Below are positions 1 to 14,585 of a stretch of 64,000 nucleotides of DNA, one piece after another (position 1 is the first letter of the stretch; the number at the start of each line of letters is the position of its first letter). The stretch spans positions 25,484,001-25,548,000 of the forward strand of contig CM059432.1 in NCBI GenBank assembly GCA_030390025.1, written 5' to 3'. The position numbers and the translations under genes are program-made. A model generated the notes under the pieces. The model ran no database searches and was not told the DNA's origin. It saw only the letters and a program-made list of their open reading frames with translations. The stretch is from Squalus acanthias. Lineage: Eukaryota.

Positions 1-1194
1 AACAGCAACAAAGCAAAAATGGAGAAAATGTGAACACAGCCAAACCGCTATCTGACAAACCAGCAATGAATCTGAGCTCCCAATGAACCGGTAAGTGATC
101 CCTTTAAATAGCGCCCGGGAGCGGCAATCCCAGGTATCAACTCCTGCTATTTCTGTCGTTCTCAGCGCCAGGTGGTAAGTCGGGGAAGCGACTGAATTTC
201 GCATCCGGGGTGCTAACGGAGCGTTGCACACTCATTGACGTCACGGTCTGAGCGGCGCTAGAGGGCCCGGCGCTAAGTGCCGACTGAATTTCGCTGGCAG
301 CGTTGGAATCGCCACGCCTGGGTGATAAGTCCTTAGCGCCCCATTAGCACCCCACCCGGGCGCTGACAGGAGGCGCTAAGGTACCAGATTTCTAGCCCCG
401 AATTTCTAGCCCACTGAACTTTCGTAACATACGTCCTGTGAGCATCTACTAAAAATTCATGTACACTGCATCTACTGCATTCCCTTGATCACTTCTTCAA
501 AAAATTCTGCTAGATTTGTCACAATTTACCGTTAACAAATCTATGCCGACTGTCCTTGATTAATCCACGCATTTTTAAATGCTCACCAATGTTATTTCGC
601 ATGTTGCATAAGAGTTTGCCCACAGCTGAATTTATTAATTCATTTCCGGGATGTCGCTGTCGCTGGCAAGGCTGGTATTTATTGCCTGTCTCTAGAAATT
701 GAGTCATTTGCCTTTCAGAGGGCAGCTAAGTCAACCATGTTGGTGTAAGACTGGAATCACACACAGGCAAGACCAGGTAAGGACAGCAAGCTTCCTTCCC
801 TAAAGAACATTAGTGAACTAGTTGGGTTTTTACAACAATCCAACATCTTCTGAGGCCAGCATATCTTTTTATATTCCCAGATTTTTTTTAAATTGAATTC
901 AAATTCTCAAACTGCCATAGTGGGATTTGAATTTACGTTCTCTGGCTTATTAGTCCAGACCTCTAGATTACTAGTCCAGTATCGTAACTACTGCACTACT
1001 GTACCCAATTGGACTAATTGATCTATATCTGTGATGGCAGCTGTGATTACAGGACATTCAGTACTGGCAATAAGATATTATGGCTGATTTTATGAATGCA
1101 CATTACCACCAAGGAGCCTCATCCGCTTGCTGTACATATTAGGATATTTTCAGTTTATCAGGGACTAAGAAATTCACAGGAAAGTCATTTAAAC

Positions 1195-1328
1195 TTTTTT
1201 AGCGATCGTGTAAAATGGGCGATCGCAGATCAGCCGTCCGTTGTACACCTCTCCCCATTTTCCTTTAAATCGGGAGAGCTGTATAACAGACAGCTGATCT
1301 GAGATCGCCCATTTTACACTATCGCCAA
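1195..1328. repeat. Short fold-back (palindromic) element; related copy at about 41665-41834 and a similar hairpin at about 10891-11038
   Basis: GCGATCGTGTAAAATGGGCGATC ... GATCGCCCATTTTACACTATCGC; arms pair over most of the length. Confidence 0.8.
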
Positions 1329-3262
1329 GAGTGGTTCTATCTGCCTCCGTCTAATGTCTGTGCTAGCTGTGTAAATACAGCAGTCTAATGGTTGCTGTCC
1401 TTTTGAACTCTGACAGTAACAATTGGTATCGTTACAGTGGGTTGGGCTGGCCAAGATAGAGCTGGTCACTCCAGGGACCAGGAAGCAAAATCTAACAATT
1501 CGGCACAGAACCAAAGCTCAAGTCCTTTAACCGAGCTGTGAAAAGTTCCCAATTGTCTTCTCTAGCTGTGAAACATTGCAGTGGTGAGAAACAACACGAG
1601 CCTGTAGATGCCCAGCATCCTTGAACGTGTGGGATTGTAAAATGTTATAAATTCCTAAACAGGCCACAATGCAATCACCGTAAATATGAGACAGGGTAAA
1701 TTTTACACGCCCTCAAAAAAATTTAATTGGAAAATCCTGCTCCTCAAAAACTCCATGGTCATGGTTTCAAATTTCTCAGAGAATGAGACACTCTGGATGG
1801 CAAACGTGATCAAACAACAAGATTGATCCGTCAGTGATGGGAATGTCAAGATAACAACCGACCTTTCATAAAAATCATGATTTTACTGGAAGCCTTGTGA
1901 AAAAAAAAATCTTTTATTTTCAATGCCACTGGGTTGAAGGTTTAAAGTATTCATTTAAACCTGGATTAGGCAGTCTGTAGCTTGTGTTTTATAGGAAACT
2001 AATAAAAAAAAACCTCAAGAAAACCATTAGTGTTTTTTTTCCCCAAGTCCACTGTTCATTTCAGATCCTAAAATGAATTCTCTTCATAAAAAGCATGCTT
2101 GTGCACCTGGTGCTCTGGTGTATTTCAACAAGGGTTAGTTATTGCTTTGAGAGAGATATGCGCAGTCAAGTGTTGAAAAGACTTTCTGGTCTGTGTTAGA
2201 TGGGAATTGAAAAATCTACTTGGACTGGATGGAATGAATTAACAATCGAACCTGTGTCATCCATTTCAAAAGGATTTCGAAAGTTTTTTTAAATTTATTA
2301 CAATTATTTTCTTCTTTTTCCTCCTCCATCGGATTTAGCCTCACCCTGTTGCCTTTTACTACTTTTCCTCATTCTTCTACTGAGAGAGTGAGTTGTCCAG
2401 AACCACAGTGCATCAGCGTTGATGCACAATCAGCTGACAGGAAGTGCGCATCTGTGGAGCAGGGCACGTTTTTGAGGGTCTTTTCCAGTACCCCATCTCT
2501 CCCTTTCCTGATACAGAACGTACCACTGCTACGTATTGCTCTCTTTAGCTAGCGAGACTCCACCATAGAGACTAAACTATCAAAGACAGAATACAAACTG
2601 TTGCAAATATCCAGTATGAACTTCCCTAAAGGCTCAGTTGGTAACTGCACTTCCCACTGTAGGCCTGAGCCATAGAAGGAAGGTGGCAAGTTCCATTCTG
2701 CTCTGTGTTAATTTATCTGATCTCAGCTAGGGCAGTAATAAGTGCATTTCAATTGTCCTTCACACCCATGGACTATGGAAGGAAATGGAATTATTTGGGT
2801 TGCTGCTGCTGACTCCTACTAGAAAATGTCTGTGCCTGGTGGTGTGAGGACAAGGTTTTGGCTTAGTTATGATACACCTGCAATTGAATAATCTGCCAAT
2901 ACTCAAAAATAGAATATTAAGAACTGCAGAACAAGTATTGGGCCTTATAAACAACACTAAGAAACAAAAATGGATAATGGAAAAAGTCCTAAAGTTGAGT
3001 GAAAAATGAAGAAAACTTAAGCCAAGCATAAAAGCAGATCCTAATATGAGGACTAAATACAACTGGTTAACCAGATTTGAAGGTAAAAGTTTATGAAGTG
3101 ATGGTAATCCCCATATTATTATATGGATCTGAATTTTGGAACATGAGAAAAGTTGACGAGCAAAAGATACTAATAGCAGAGATGAGTTGGTTGCGAGGAA
3201 TACTAGGACTATCCAGGATGTCAAGAATCAAGAGTAATTCTTTAACCAGAGAGTGATTTAAT

Positions 3263-4420
3263 CAGAGTAGATTAATTCCTGGGATGAGAGGATTGTCCTA
3301 TGAGGAGAGATTGAGTAGAATGGGCCTATACTCTCTGGAGTTTAGAAGAATGAGAGGTGAGAGGCTCCCGATTAAGCAATGCCTCGATTTCAAAATTCTC
3401 ATCCTTGTTTTCAAATCCCTCCATGGCCTCGCCCCTCCCTATCTCTGTAATCTCCTTCAGCCCCTCAACCCCCTGACATATCTGCGCTCCTCTAATTCTG
3501 CCCTCTGAGCATCCCTGCTTATAATCGCTCAACCATTGGTGGCCGTGCCTTCTGTTGCCTAGGCCCTGAGCTCTGGAATTCCCTGCCTAAACCTCTCCAC
3601 CTCGCTCCCTCTCTCTCCTCCTTTAAGACGCTCCTTAAAACCTACCTCTTTGACCAAGCTTTTGGTCACCTGCCCTAATTTCTCCTTATGTGGCTCGGTG
3701 TCAAATTTTTTGTGTTTTAATAACCCTGTGAAGCATCTTGGGATGTTTTACTACGCTAAAGGCGCTATATAAATACACGTTGTTGTTGTTGTTGTGATCT
3801 CACTGAAACATATAAGATTCTGAGAGGGCTTGACAGGGTAGATGCTGAGAGGCCATTTCCCCTGGCTGGCGAGTCTATAATTAGGGGACATAGTCTCATG
3901 ATAAGGGGCTGGCCATTTAGGACTGAGATGAGGAGAAATTTCTTCACTCAGAGGGTTGCGAATCTTTAGAATTCTCCATCCCAAAGGACTGTGGATGCTT
4001 AGTCGTTGAGTATATTCAAGGCTGAGATCGATAGATTTTTGGACTCTAAGGGAATCAAGGGATATGTGGATCGGGCGGGAAAGTGGAGTTGAGATTGACG
4101 ATCAGCCATGATCTTATTGAATGGCGGAGCAGGCGTGAGGGGCCCTATGGCCTACTCCTGCTCCTATTTCTTATGTTCTTATGCTCTTATTAGAGTGGTG
4201 AGAAAGTGGAGCTCGCTACTACATGGAGTGGTTGAGGCAAATAGCATAGATGCATTTAAGGGGAAATTAGATAAGTACATGAGGGAGAAAGGAATAGAAG
4301 GATATGTTGATAGGGTGAGATGAAGTAAATACAGTGGGAGGAGACTCGTAGGGAGCATAAACACCAGCATAGGCCGAGTGGCCTCTTTCTTTGCTATAAC
4401 CTCTATGTAATTCCATGTAA
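3263..4420 (+). mobile_element. CR1 3' fragments interrupted by an L2 3' end (about 3362-3794)
   Basis: MRGLSYEERLSRMGLYSLEFRRMRG | L2-type LPIKQCLDFKILILVFKSLHGLAPPYL with (GTT)n tail | CR1 resumes at GATCTCACTGAAAC; second CR1 tail to about 4420. Confidence 0.88.
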
Positions 4421-5364
4421 TAAAAAGACCATGGCTTGGCCAAGAAACAATGCTTTTACAGAAGATCCTAGAAAGACAACTGTGATGTCTTGGGCATGTT
4501 TCAAGAATGGAAACAGCTAGAATACGTTTCATGGCCCTGCATACAGAGATACATGCAACAAGAAGCTGAGGAAGACCAAGCGCTGGATAGGCAATATAAA
4601 GATTGACTTGTCTCAGAAAGGGATACAGGTGACTGAAGCGGCCAGGCTAGTTGAGAATCAACACCATTGGTGTGTATTTAATCAGCCCCATTGTCGCTGC
4701 TTGGCCGACGGAAGGAAAATTAGTAGTAGTACTCACTGGTCTTATCTCACAAATGAAGATTGGCCATTTTGGATAATACACCAGAGGATGCCCAATCCCC
4801 AGTGGAACCATATCCTAGTATGAGTAAGTAAGCACCTTCAGGAGAGGAGGAAGAAAGCTGCACAAGCAGAACTACCCGGTGCCGTTACCCTGATTTATTA
4901 TATAATTGTGTACATGAAAAGAGAAGAATATAGGGAATGATGTTAATTGTGAGGTTTTATCTTTAGCAGGGACTAAAGCATATGACATTATGGAGATAAT
5001 TGGCTGTACTTGTAAAGAGACTGGGAAAGAGTTTGCAATTGTTGTATGTTTTGGGATCAATCACATAGACAATAGTCAGTTGGAGGACTAAGGTGAAGGA
5101 GATAACTTTCTGAGATTCCTCGCTGTTAGTGCGTACTTGGAGACTTAGCAACTAAGTTTAAGGACCTGGATTGCTAAGTTGAAAGAGATGCAAAAGCAAT
5201 GACATCTGAACTACTGCCATTACTCTCATGAGATGATGAAATGTTGGGCCACAATAATTGGCATCAATGCGAAGTTGGAAAGAGAGTACAATGACAAAGG
5301 AATGGAATACTTGCAGACTTAAAATTGAGGTAGAATTCAAGGTAGAGTCAATGATCAAGCTCTA

Positions 5365-5786
5365 AAACATAGAAACATAGAATCTCGGAGCAGGAGTAGG
5401 CCATTCGGCCCGTCGAGCCTGCTCCACCATTCAATACGATCATGGCTGATCATTCAAATCCAGTACCCTGTCCCTGCTTTAATCCCCACAGTACACATAT
5501 CCCACCCTACCCCCGTAACCCCACGTATTTAATTCCCCCTAACATATCCCATCCTATCCCCATAACCCCACATCCCCCCTAACACTAAGGGTCAATTTAT
5601 CATAGCCAAATCAACCTAACCCACACATTTTTGGACTGTGGGAGGAAACCGGAGCACCCGGAGGAAACCCACGCAGACACGGGGAGAATGTGCAAACTCC
5701 ACACAGACAGTCACCCGAGGTCAGATTCGAACCCGGGTCTCTGGCGCTGTGAGGCACCAGTGCTAACCACTATGCCACCGTGTTGC
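5365..5786 (-). mobile_element. HE1-like tRNA-derived SINE with CR1/HER1-type 3' tail
   Basis: Minus-strand A box (TGGCATAGTGG) and B box (GTTCGAATC) at the head; CR1-type stem-loop and (TTCTATGT)n tail. Confidence 0.85.
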
Positions 5787-6689
5787 AGGAGTGTTGAAAT
5801 TGCCTCCATGGGTCACATACAATTACTGAGCCCTGGCAATCTGGCCCTTGAAGCCCAAGGAACTCAGACTCTCCATTGCTAAATTCTGACTGGGTGAAGG
5901 GGGTGTGTGTTGTAGGGGCTTCATCCCCTGCCCCCTCTGTCATTACATTACTTTTGGGGATGGGATTAGCAGGATGCCAAGCTCACCAGAAGTCCCACCA
6001 GTTAATCATATGGTGCGGCCAGCAGTGCATACATTAACAGCAATGAAAAAGAAAATCAGGCTCAGTTTAAAATGGGCTGCCGATTCGCTATGACCCATTT
6101 CGCACTACTGGCGAAGACCAATTTAACCCCAATGACTTCAATTTAGAAATATTTAAACCAGAAGTGGAGAGGAGAGGAAAATGGAGATGAATTAAAAACA
6201 CAATAGAATTAAAGTAGTCATGATGAAACAGGTGACTTAGCAACCTCCAGCCTAGGAAAATGCCTGTCTCCCTGCGCCAACTAATTATGTAAACTTTTAA
6301 CTCAGTGTGACACTGAAGCATGTGTATGAAAAGAAAGGGTGGAAAGGATCCTGAGACCAGTAAAGCCTGCCCTGTTTGGATGTGGTACACCTTCATACAT
6401 CATTGACCCACTCCCTAACCATGTACATCTCCTGGGAGAGGCAAAGAAACAGAAAAATCCTGTGGTCATTTCAAGAATATTCCTGAAAAACTCTTCTCCA
6501 TCTGCCAGGACACTGCGATAGTCTATAACTCCTCAAAGCCCAACCAATTAGCAAATTACCTTCAAGAACTGTCCCCTTCACTCAGTAACCATTCAAGTTC
6601 CCTTTACAAGGACTGTAGCAAATCTATACCCACCACATATTCAGCTAGTTTATTCCAGAAACAAACACTGATATCAAATATCAAATAAT

Positions 6690-7455
6690 GGGCCGGATTT
6701 TGCGACCCCTATGGCTGTGTGGGAGGTGCGTATGTGCCCGTAGGGGCTGTGCAAGTGCCGGTTTCAGGCATGCAAAGTTCATGCGCTGAAAACCGGCACT
6801 TGCGATCTGTCAAGAATTCTCTTGACAGATATCCACATGCCCAAGAAAAGTGCCTCTGTGGGTAGAGATTTGCGCTTTTTGCACAACTTCCGCCCGCTGA
6901 ATGACTGTCAAATTCTTATGCCTGGTAAAAGCAGGCATAAGGCCTGATTTACCAGCTTAAGAGTTTAAAAAAATAGTAAAATGAAATTTGATAACTCATT
7001 TATAAATTAAAAATACTCTTCATAAAGGTAAGTTTATTTTTAGCCCCGTAAAAACATTTAATTTCTTTTTCCAAAAAGTAAATTTCTGTTTAAAATATTT
7101 AATTAAATGGCATTTTAATTAATTTTAAACATGTAATTCTTTTTAAATTTATTTAAAGTGTTGGTGTATTTTTTAGGTGATCCCCATTCATACTCTTGAC
7201 AGTTCCGTACGTACAGAACTATCAAAAGGTTGAATGGGGATTCCCTTCTTCCATTGGTTGGGCCGGCCCACGTGATCCCAGGAGCGCCTACGAACCACTT
7301 GCACCCCTGGGATACGTGGGGCTCTGCCCGCACGGACCCGGAGTGGCCCAGGAGCGCAAGCCACCATTCTTCCCGGGCCACCAGGGAAATTCATAGACAT
7401 TTTGCAGGCCGGAGGCGTCCGTCCGCAGGAAGCCTCCGATCGCAAATGTTGGCCT
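6690..7455. mobile_element. Non-autonomous TIR element (MITE family A)
   Basis: Ends GGGCCGGATTTTGCGA / TCGCAAATGTTGGCCT; collinear with 48103-48857. Confidence 0.8.
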
Positions 7456-7714
7456 TAAATGTCCAAAAAAAACACTTTAATGAAAACTATTTAAAAACAT
7501 GTAGAACTGACAATCAGGGCAAAAGTAAATTTGCAAAGGACATTTAGATTTGGTATAGATGAGCTGATGTAATGTTCATGGCTGGTAAAGTACCAGAGAA
7601 CAATAAAACCCCTTCAGGTTGAGAGATAAGACAATGCAGGATGTTATGAGTATCTGATGCTTTTTAGTGGCTTTTTCATAATAGTTTTCTACAGAAGACA
7701 GTGGCACCATTCAC

Positions 7715-8530
7715 GAATCATTGAATCATTGAGCACAGAAGGAAGCCATTCAGCCCATCATGCCCTGTGCCGGCTCTTTGAAAGAGCTATCCAATTAGTC
7801 CCACTCCGCTGCTCTTTCCCTGTAGCCTTACAATTTATTCCTTTTCAAGTATATATCAAATTCCCTTTTGAAAGTTACTACTGAATCTGCTTCCACCAGC
7901 CTTTCAGGCAGTGCAGTCCAGATCACAACAGCTCACAGCATAAAAAAAATTCTCCTCATCTTCCCTCTGGTTCTTTTGCCAATTATCTTAAATCTGTGTC
8001 CTTTGATTACTGACCCTCCTGCCATTGAAAACAGTTTCTCCTTATTTACTGTCAAAAACCTTCATAATTTTGAACACCTCGATTAAATCTCCCCTTAATA
8101 AGAGAAATTAGTGCATAAGTCCCATTTCTTTGAGCACCTATGGGTGAATGCCATCAGGGCCTACAGCCTAATCTGTTTTGAGACCCCTTATTCTACCCAA
8201 GACTATATCGCATCCACTTTCACACTTTAACTGTAGCATTAACCACGTGATATATTATTGGTAACTCAGCAGTGTCTTCTGTCGTGAAGACTGTTGTAAA
8301 GTAGCCATTTAAAACCTCTGCCATATCCTGGAAGTCCACTTGAATCTGCCCTGAAGAATCCTTCAACAGCCCTATACAGTCCTGTATGGCTCTCTGGCTC
8401 CTAATATAACTAAAAACGACTTTGCTATTGCTACCACAGCTATCCACTATCTTTCTCACCCATTTTCTTTTGGCTGCGGTGACGGCAACTTTGGTTGCCT
8501 TTAGCTGAGATCGGTACTTATCGCTGTTCT
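7715..8530 (-). mobile_element. CR1 LINE fragments (3' end plus mid-ORF2 piece)
   Basis: Reverse-complement CR1 tail; NSKVVFSYIRSQR...MAEVLNGYFTTVFTTED. Confidence 0.75.
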
Positions 8531-8704
8531 CCTAAGAACTAATTTCTTAAAGCCTGGATCCAGTAAAGTTCTTCTGTCAGGCACAGGGTTCGAGGATGAG
8601 GAGACACTGTTAAATGTTAAGGTTGTCAATGGAAAATAAGAAATTAAGGTTACACTTTTTAATACGAGGGTGATAAATTGTGGAGTAGATTACCAGGAAG
8701 GTGA

Positions 8705-9145
8705 TGTAACAACAACACCTTTTACTTATTAAAACATCCCAAGACGCTTTACAGGAGCGTTATCAAACAAATTTGACATCGAGCCACATAAGGAGACATT
8801 AGGACAATGATCAAAAGCTTGTTCAAAGAACTAGGTTTTAAGGAGAGTCTTAAAGAAGGAGAGAGAGGTAGAGAGAAAAGGGATTTAGGGAGGGAATTCC
8901 ACAGCTTTGGGAGCTGAAGTCACGACCGCCAATGGTGGAGTGATGAAAATCGGGGATGCGCAAGAGGCCAGAATTGGAGGAGTGTAGAGATCTTGGAGAG
9001 TTGTAGGGCTGGAGGAGGTTACAGAGATAGGGAGGGACAAGGCCATGGATGGATTTGAAAACAAGGGGGAGAATTTTAAATCGAGGCATTGGCGGACAGG
9101 GCGCCAACAGGGGTGATGGGTGAATGGGAATTAGTGTGACTTAAG
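8705..9145 (-). mobile_element. L2 LINE 3' fragment
   Basis: RFKILPLVFKSIHGLVPPYLCNLLQPY, homologous to 3362-3794; further pieces near 40320-40465 and 53203-53453. Confidence 0.8.
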
Positions 9146-9396
9146 ACAGTGGATGCAAAACTATTCATTCTAGAATCAGGGGCCTAGGCGATTTGGAAGG
9201 GTTGGCTGATGGGAGAATAGCCTTCTCCTGTCAAAAGTCTTGGTTAATTGGTATCTATAGCCTAGAAAACGCTGAAATACAATTTGAGGAAGCAGGTCAA
9301 CATTAATAGCCAGAATAAAAAGTTTGTAAGAAAACAAAGAAAAAACAGGTTTATAAATATTTATGTATTTGACATATTGATGACATTTAATAATTA

Positions 9397-10016
9397 AGAA
9401 CATAAGAAATAAGAGCAGGAGTAGGCCATTCAGCCCTTTGAGCCTGCTCCACCATTCAATAAGATCATGGCTGATCTTTGACCTCTGCTCCACCTTCTCA
9501 CATGATCCTTAATATCTAAAAATCTATCGATCTCTGTCTTGAATATACCCTGTCAAGCCCTGTAACAATTTTATATGTTTCAATGAGATCACCTCTCATT
9601 CTTGTAAATTCTAGGGAATATAGGCCTGGTCTCCTCAATCTAAAAAAGGATAATACCCCCCATCCCAGGAATCAGTCTGATGACCATTCATTGCACTCTC
9701 TCCAAGGCAGAGATATTCTTCCTTAGGTAAGGAGACCAAAACTGTACACAGTACTCCAGGTGTGATCTCACCAAGGCCCTATATGACTGCAGTATGACTT
9801 CTTTACTCTTATACTCCAATCCTTTTGCTTTCCTAATTGCTTGTTGTACCTGCATGTTAACTTTCAGTGATTCGTAGACAAGGACACCCAGGTCCCTCTG
9901 AATAACAACATTTCCCAATCTCGCACCATTTAAAACATATCCTGCTTTTCTATTTTTCTACCAAAGTGGATAACTTCACATTTCTCCACATTATATTGTT
10001 AGCCAGTGGCTCAGTT

Positions 10017-10047
<31 letters not shown>

Positions 10048-10485
10048 GTGGGTTCAAGTTCCCACTCTGGAGACTTGAGCACAAAAATCTAGGCTGATAC
10101 TCCAGTGCAGCACTGAGGGAGTGTTGCACTGTTGGATGTTGCCATCTTTCAGATGAGATGTTAAACTGAGGCCCTCTCTCAGGTGGATGTAAAAAAAACC
10201 ATAGCACTATTTCGAAGAAGAGCAGGGGAGTTATCCCTGGTGTTCTGGCCAATATTTATCCTTCAATCAACATAACAAAAACAGATTATCTGGTCATTAT
10301 CACATTGCTGTTTGTGGGACCCTTGCTGTGTGGTAAATTAGCTGCCGTGTTTCCTACATTACAACAGTGACTGTACTTCAAAAAAGTACTTCATTGGCTA
10401 TAAAGTGCTTTGGGACGTCCGGTGGTCATGAAAGACACTATATAAATGCAAGACTTTCTTTTATATCTGCCATGTTCTTTCCACA
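9397..10485 (-). mobile_element. CR1 fragment interrupted by a SINE
   Basis: QRDLGVLVYESLKVNMQVQQAIRKA...LEYCVQFWSPYLRK; AAGAACATAAGAAATA tail at the left end. Confidence 0.88.
9997..10460 (+). mobile_element. SacSINE1/DeuSINE-like tRNA-derived SINE
   Basis: TGGCTCAGTTGG A box, GGTTCAAG B box, conserved central domain, L2-like tail; TSD TTATAT (9991-9996, 10461-10466). Confidence 0.85.
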
Positions 10486-12599
10486 TGGGTTGTAAGTTTA
10501 CAACGGTGTCAAGAACCTGCACAAAGTAGTGGGATAACTTTCCCTGTAATTGGAATGTTGACAATGCTGAATTTAATGACCATGCCTATTTGCCCTGTTT
10601 GAGTAACTGAATGGTTTGTCAGGCTACTTTAGAGGACAGTAAGAGTCAACCATGTAGTGTGGACTAGACTGGGTAAGAGTTCCCTTTCCTGAAGGACATT
10701 AATAAATCAGTTGAATATTTATGAAAATCCAGCAGCTTTCATGGACAATTTTTCATTACCAGATTTATTGAATTCAATTTTACAACTTGCTATGGTGGGA
10801 TTTAGAATTCACCGCTGTTGGAATACAAGTTTAGTACCATAACCAATACACTACTGCACCCCATTTAATGATAAACGCCAGCAAGTTACGTGGGGGAGCC
10901 TCAGATCTCCCAACGTAATTTTGGTGGAGGATCGGTGGAAACCCCAAAGAAACTTTGTAAATGGCCAATTCCGTAGATTTTCTCTGGAGTTTCCACTGAT
11001 CTTCCACCAAAGTTACAGCAGGAGATTGGGGAACCCCCGTGGAAATTCTACCCAATACGCATGGCCATATTTTCTGATGTATATTGTCCTAACAGCCTCT
11101 CCCTTTCATATTTGAACTGTCAGTACCTGTGATATTGTAATAGTTAAGGTCTCAGTTTAAGTCTATGATTTACTTTTTGGGGTCAAATACTTCGCCAAAT
11201 GGTATTCAACAATGTGATTCAGTTGGGCTGTTTTCAATGTCAATAGCAGACATATTGGCAGGTGCAATGTAGGAGCAGGTCCTTACAAGTCACAGTAAAA
11301 ATAAAGTTATATTACCCAAACATAGACAGTAAAAGTATTACTTTTGTCTCTACCTAATGAATTATCTGGAATTACCTCAAATTGACAACTCCTTATTTAG
11401 TTGGTTATCAATCTTATTGCTTTGAAGTTTTACTCCAAATCTGTTTCTCAACTGATGATGAAAAATGAGACTATCACCAGAATTATTGATTCTGAGTCTT
11501 AATAATGTTTCAACAAAAGCCACACAGGACAGCCTTGAAGAATAAAGTTCATCTTTAAATTGGCTGAAGTAGCACAAGGCAATGGAATGCTGTCTCCAGG
11601 GACATCATTAGACAGATAGACAGATTCCAATTTATCACCAAAAAAGCCTTCAGGTTCAACAAAAACTAGTTGGTACTTTACAAATCTTGCCCACTTCCCT
11701 TTGACTCAAACGAGTCATAATAAGGCTGTCATGGAGGTAAGCGATTAATCATAATCCTAACGCCCGAACCATTGCCACAGCAAATGCCATCTTTCTTTTA
11801 TGTATTTAAGATTGAACCTGGGTTAAAGGTGAACATGAATCACCCTAAACCTCACCTGGTTCTATGGAAGTGAAACAATATGAGCAAAAGGCTGAAATAG
11901 TGTTGATCTGTTCTATTGATTAATGTCCTGTGGAACTTGAGTGTTGGCATCGACGTGGAGCAACATGGCCACCTTCAAGGATCCAGCGTCAACCCTGGAT
12001 TTAATTGACTCAGTTATAGCTCCCCTGATGGTTTAATAGGTGAATGCAATTCTCAATTTGCTACTGAGACATACAGATTAGGAGGCCACAGGCTTGATCC
12101 TCAGTCTGCACTGAGTTAAGAGAAGCTCTCGAATTGGCCTCCGAATCCACAAGGAAACCTTGAGCCTCCCCTTCTCCGGGTTTTCCCTGTCGAGCCCATC
12201 CTATTGACTTACATTGTGCTGGGGACCCTTAAAATCAGCTGCTTTAAGTCATCACGTTCTGTAGACACATTTTAAAAAAAAGATTTTCCAAAGAATTTTT
12301 TCTTGAAGATGGTGCCTCTTTGAATAATACAATTGTTTATTTTGAATTCACAGGGCTCTCGACATTCTACTCTCCAATGCAAAGAATTCATGTGGAGACC
12401 ACACTTCTGACTTCAGACAGTATCTGGTATCAGATATGTAATCTGAGAATCTTAGGGAGTAAAAGGGTTTGCAGTGATTGCCTAATTTTGTGATATTCCT
12501 CTATTCTTTATTTTAATACATTTATTACCTGTTTACCTGAATTCCTTGTTCACTGTTTAAATTCCCACCGGGAATTCTGTGAAATCCCTGAGCTGTTAA

Positions 12600-14585
12600 C
12601 CATATATATATAAATGACTTGGATAAAGGAATAGAGAAGTGTATATCTAAATTTGCAGATGACACTAAGTTAGGAGGCACAGTAAGTTGTGTAGTTGCAG
12701 CAGGAATAATTGACAGAGTGAGTGGGCAAAAATATGGTAATTGGAGTTCAATGTGCGAAAGTATGATGTCATCCACTTCGGATCCAAGATAGACAAATCA
12801 AAATATTTTCCAAATGTTGTGAAGCTAGCACCTGTGTATGAACAAAGAGATTTTTGTTGTCTGTGTGTACAGATCACTAAAAGCTGGTGCACATGTACAA
12901 ACGTAATCACAAAGGCTAATAGAAAGCTGGCCTTTATCTCAAGGGGGCTGGAATACAAATGTGAGGAAGTGATGCTTCAGTTGTACAGAGTCTTGGTCAG
13001 ATCCCAGCTGCAGTATTGCATTCAATCTTGGGCACCGAATCTCAGGAAAGATATTGGCCGCGATTTTTCCTATCAATGCGGCTTGGGGGCGGGACAGCTG
13101 CCTTCCGGGTTCCAGTCCCTGCCCCCAACGACATCAGACACACAGATGCGATTTTGCGTCAATTGGCCTTGTTAAGCCCGCCCTGCGGGCTTGCCAGCCA
13201 ATTAAGAGGAAGCCGGTGTCAGATGACGTCAGTTGATGACGCATCATCTGCCGGTTTTCTTAAAGGGGCCACGCACAATTTATTTTGACAGCTGATTTTT
13301 CAGTGTTTGACAACATTAAGGTGCTGCAAACACTGACAATCACTGTACAAAGGTGAGCCCTTGCACCCAGGATCTCCAGTGACTCCCTCCTTAGGCTAGA
13401 ACAGATGGCAGCTGCAGGTGAGGTTACAGAAGTGATCTGTCACTGGTGAGAGAGGTTCTCCCAGTGAGGTGGGACTACACACACAATCCAAAACTTGTCA
13501 CCTACAGAAAAGTCTAAATACATTAAAAATGATTTTCCCAACATTATCTTACCTCTGAAACTCGCCAGTGCACCATTGCATTCTTCACACCACTTCTGCA
13601 GCTGTCATCAATACAGAAACATTACAGTAGACCCACAGCACGCCACACTTACCCTGGCATGGTGTCCGGACATCGGGAAGCCCGCAGTAGACCTGTCAAA
13701 ATTGCAAAAGCCTCTTAACTGTCTGTTAACAACCTGTTAACAAGCAGTTAAGTGCCTATAATCCTCTTCCCGCCGCTAGGTGTCGGATCCATGCGCAAAT
13801 CGGGGACCCAACACCTGGGAAGATTGTTTGGAGGCGGCTTGACAGCGGGTTTCAGACCCCATATAGATAAGTGTGAGGTGGTACATTTTGGTAGGAAGAA
13901 TAGGGAGGCCACATACTCCTTGGAAAATAAGTGTCTTAAAGGAGTAGAGGAGCAGAGGGATCTGGAGGTACAGATACACAAATCACTAAAAGTAGCGATG
14001 CAAGTTAATAAGGCCATAAAAAAGCAAACAAAGCACTGGAGTTTGTTTCTAGAGGGATAGAATTGAAAAGCAGAGAAGTTATGTTAAACTTGTATAGAAA
14101 CTTGGTTAGACCACACTTGGAGTACTGTGAATAGTTCTGGTCTCCATATTATAAAACAGATACAGAGGCACTGGAGAAGGTGCAAAAAATATTTACTACA
14201 ATGATAGAGGTCTTTAAGATTATGAAAGGGTTTGATAGGGTAGATGGAGAGAAGATGTTTCCACATGAGAGGGAGACCTGAACTAGGGGCCATGAATATA
14301 AGATAGTCACTCATAAATCCAATAGGGAATTACAGAGAAACTTCTTTACCCAGAGAATGGTTAGAACAGGGACTCACTACCACAAGGAGTAGTTGAGGTG
14401 ACTAGCATAGATGCATTTAAGGGGAAGCTAGATAAACACACAATGGAGAAAGGAATAGGAGGATATATTGATTGGGTTAGATGAAGAATGGTGAGTAGAG
14501 GCTTGTGTGGAACATAAACACCGACATGGTCCTGTTCGGCCGAATGGCCTGTTTCTGTGCTGTAAATACTATGTAATACTATGTT
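12600..14585 (+). mobile_element. Two CR1 fragments (about 12600-13052 and 13861-14585) flanking a MITE
   Basis: INDLDKG..SKFADDTK, MEFNVRKYDVIHFG and DKCEVVHFGRKN motifs; CR1 tail near 14580. Confidence 0.85.

Noticed and set aside
5365..5700. Segmental duplication or LTR pair with 51077-51427
   Set aside because: Similarity is confined to the SINE; the flanks are unrelated.
9997..10080. tRNA genes at SINE heads (also 5715-5786, 31592, 54788)
   Set aside because: A and B boxes continue directly into SINE bodies; no complete cloverleaf is evident.
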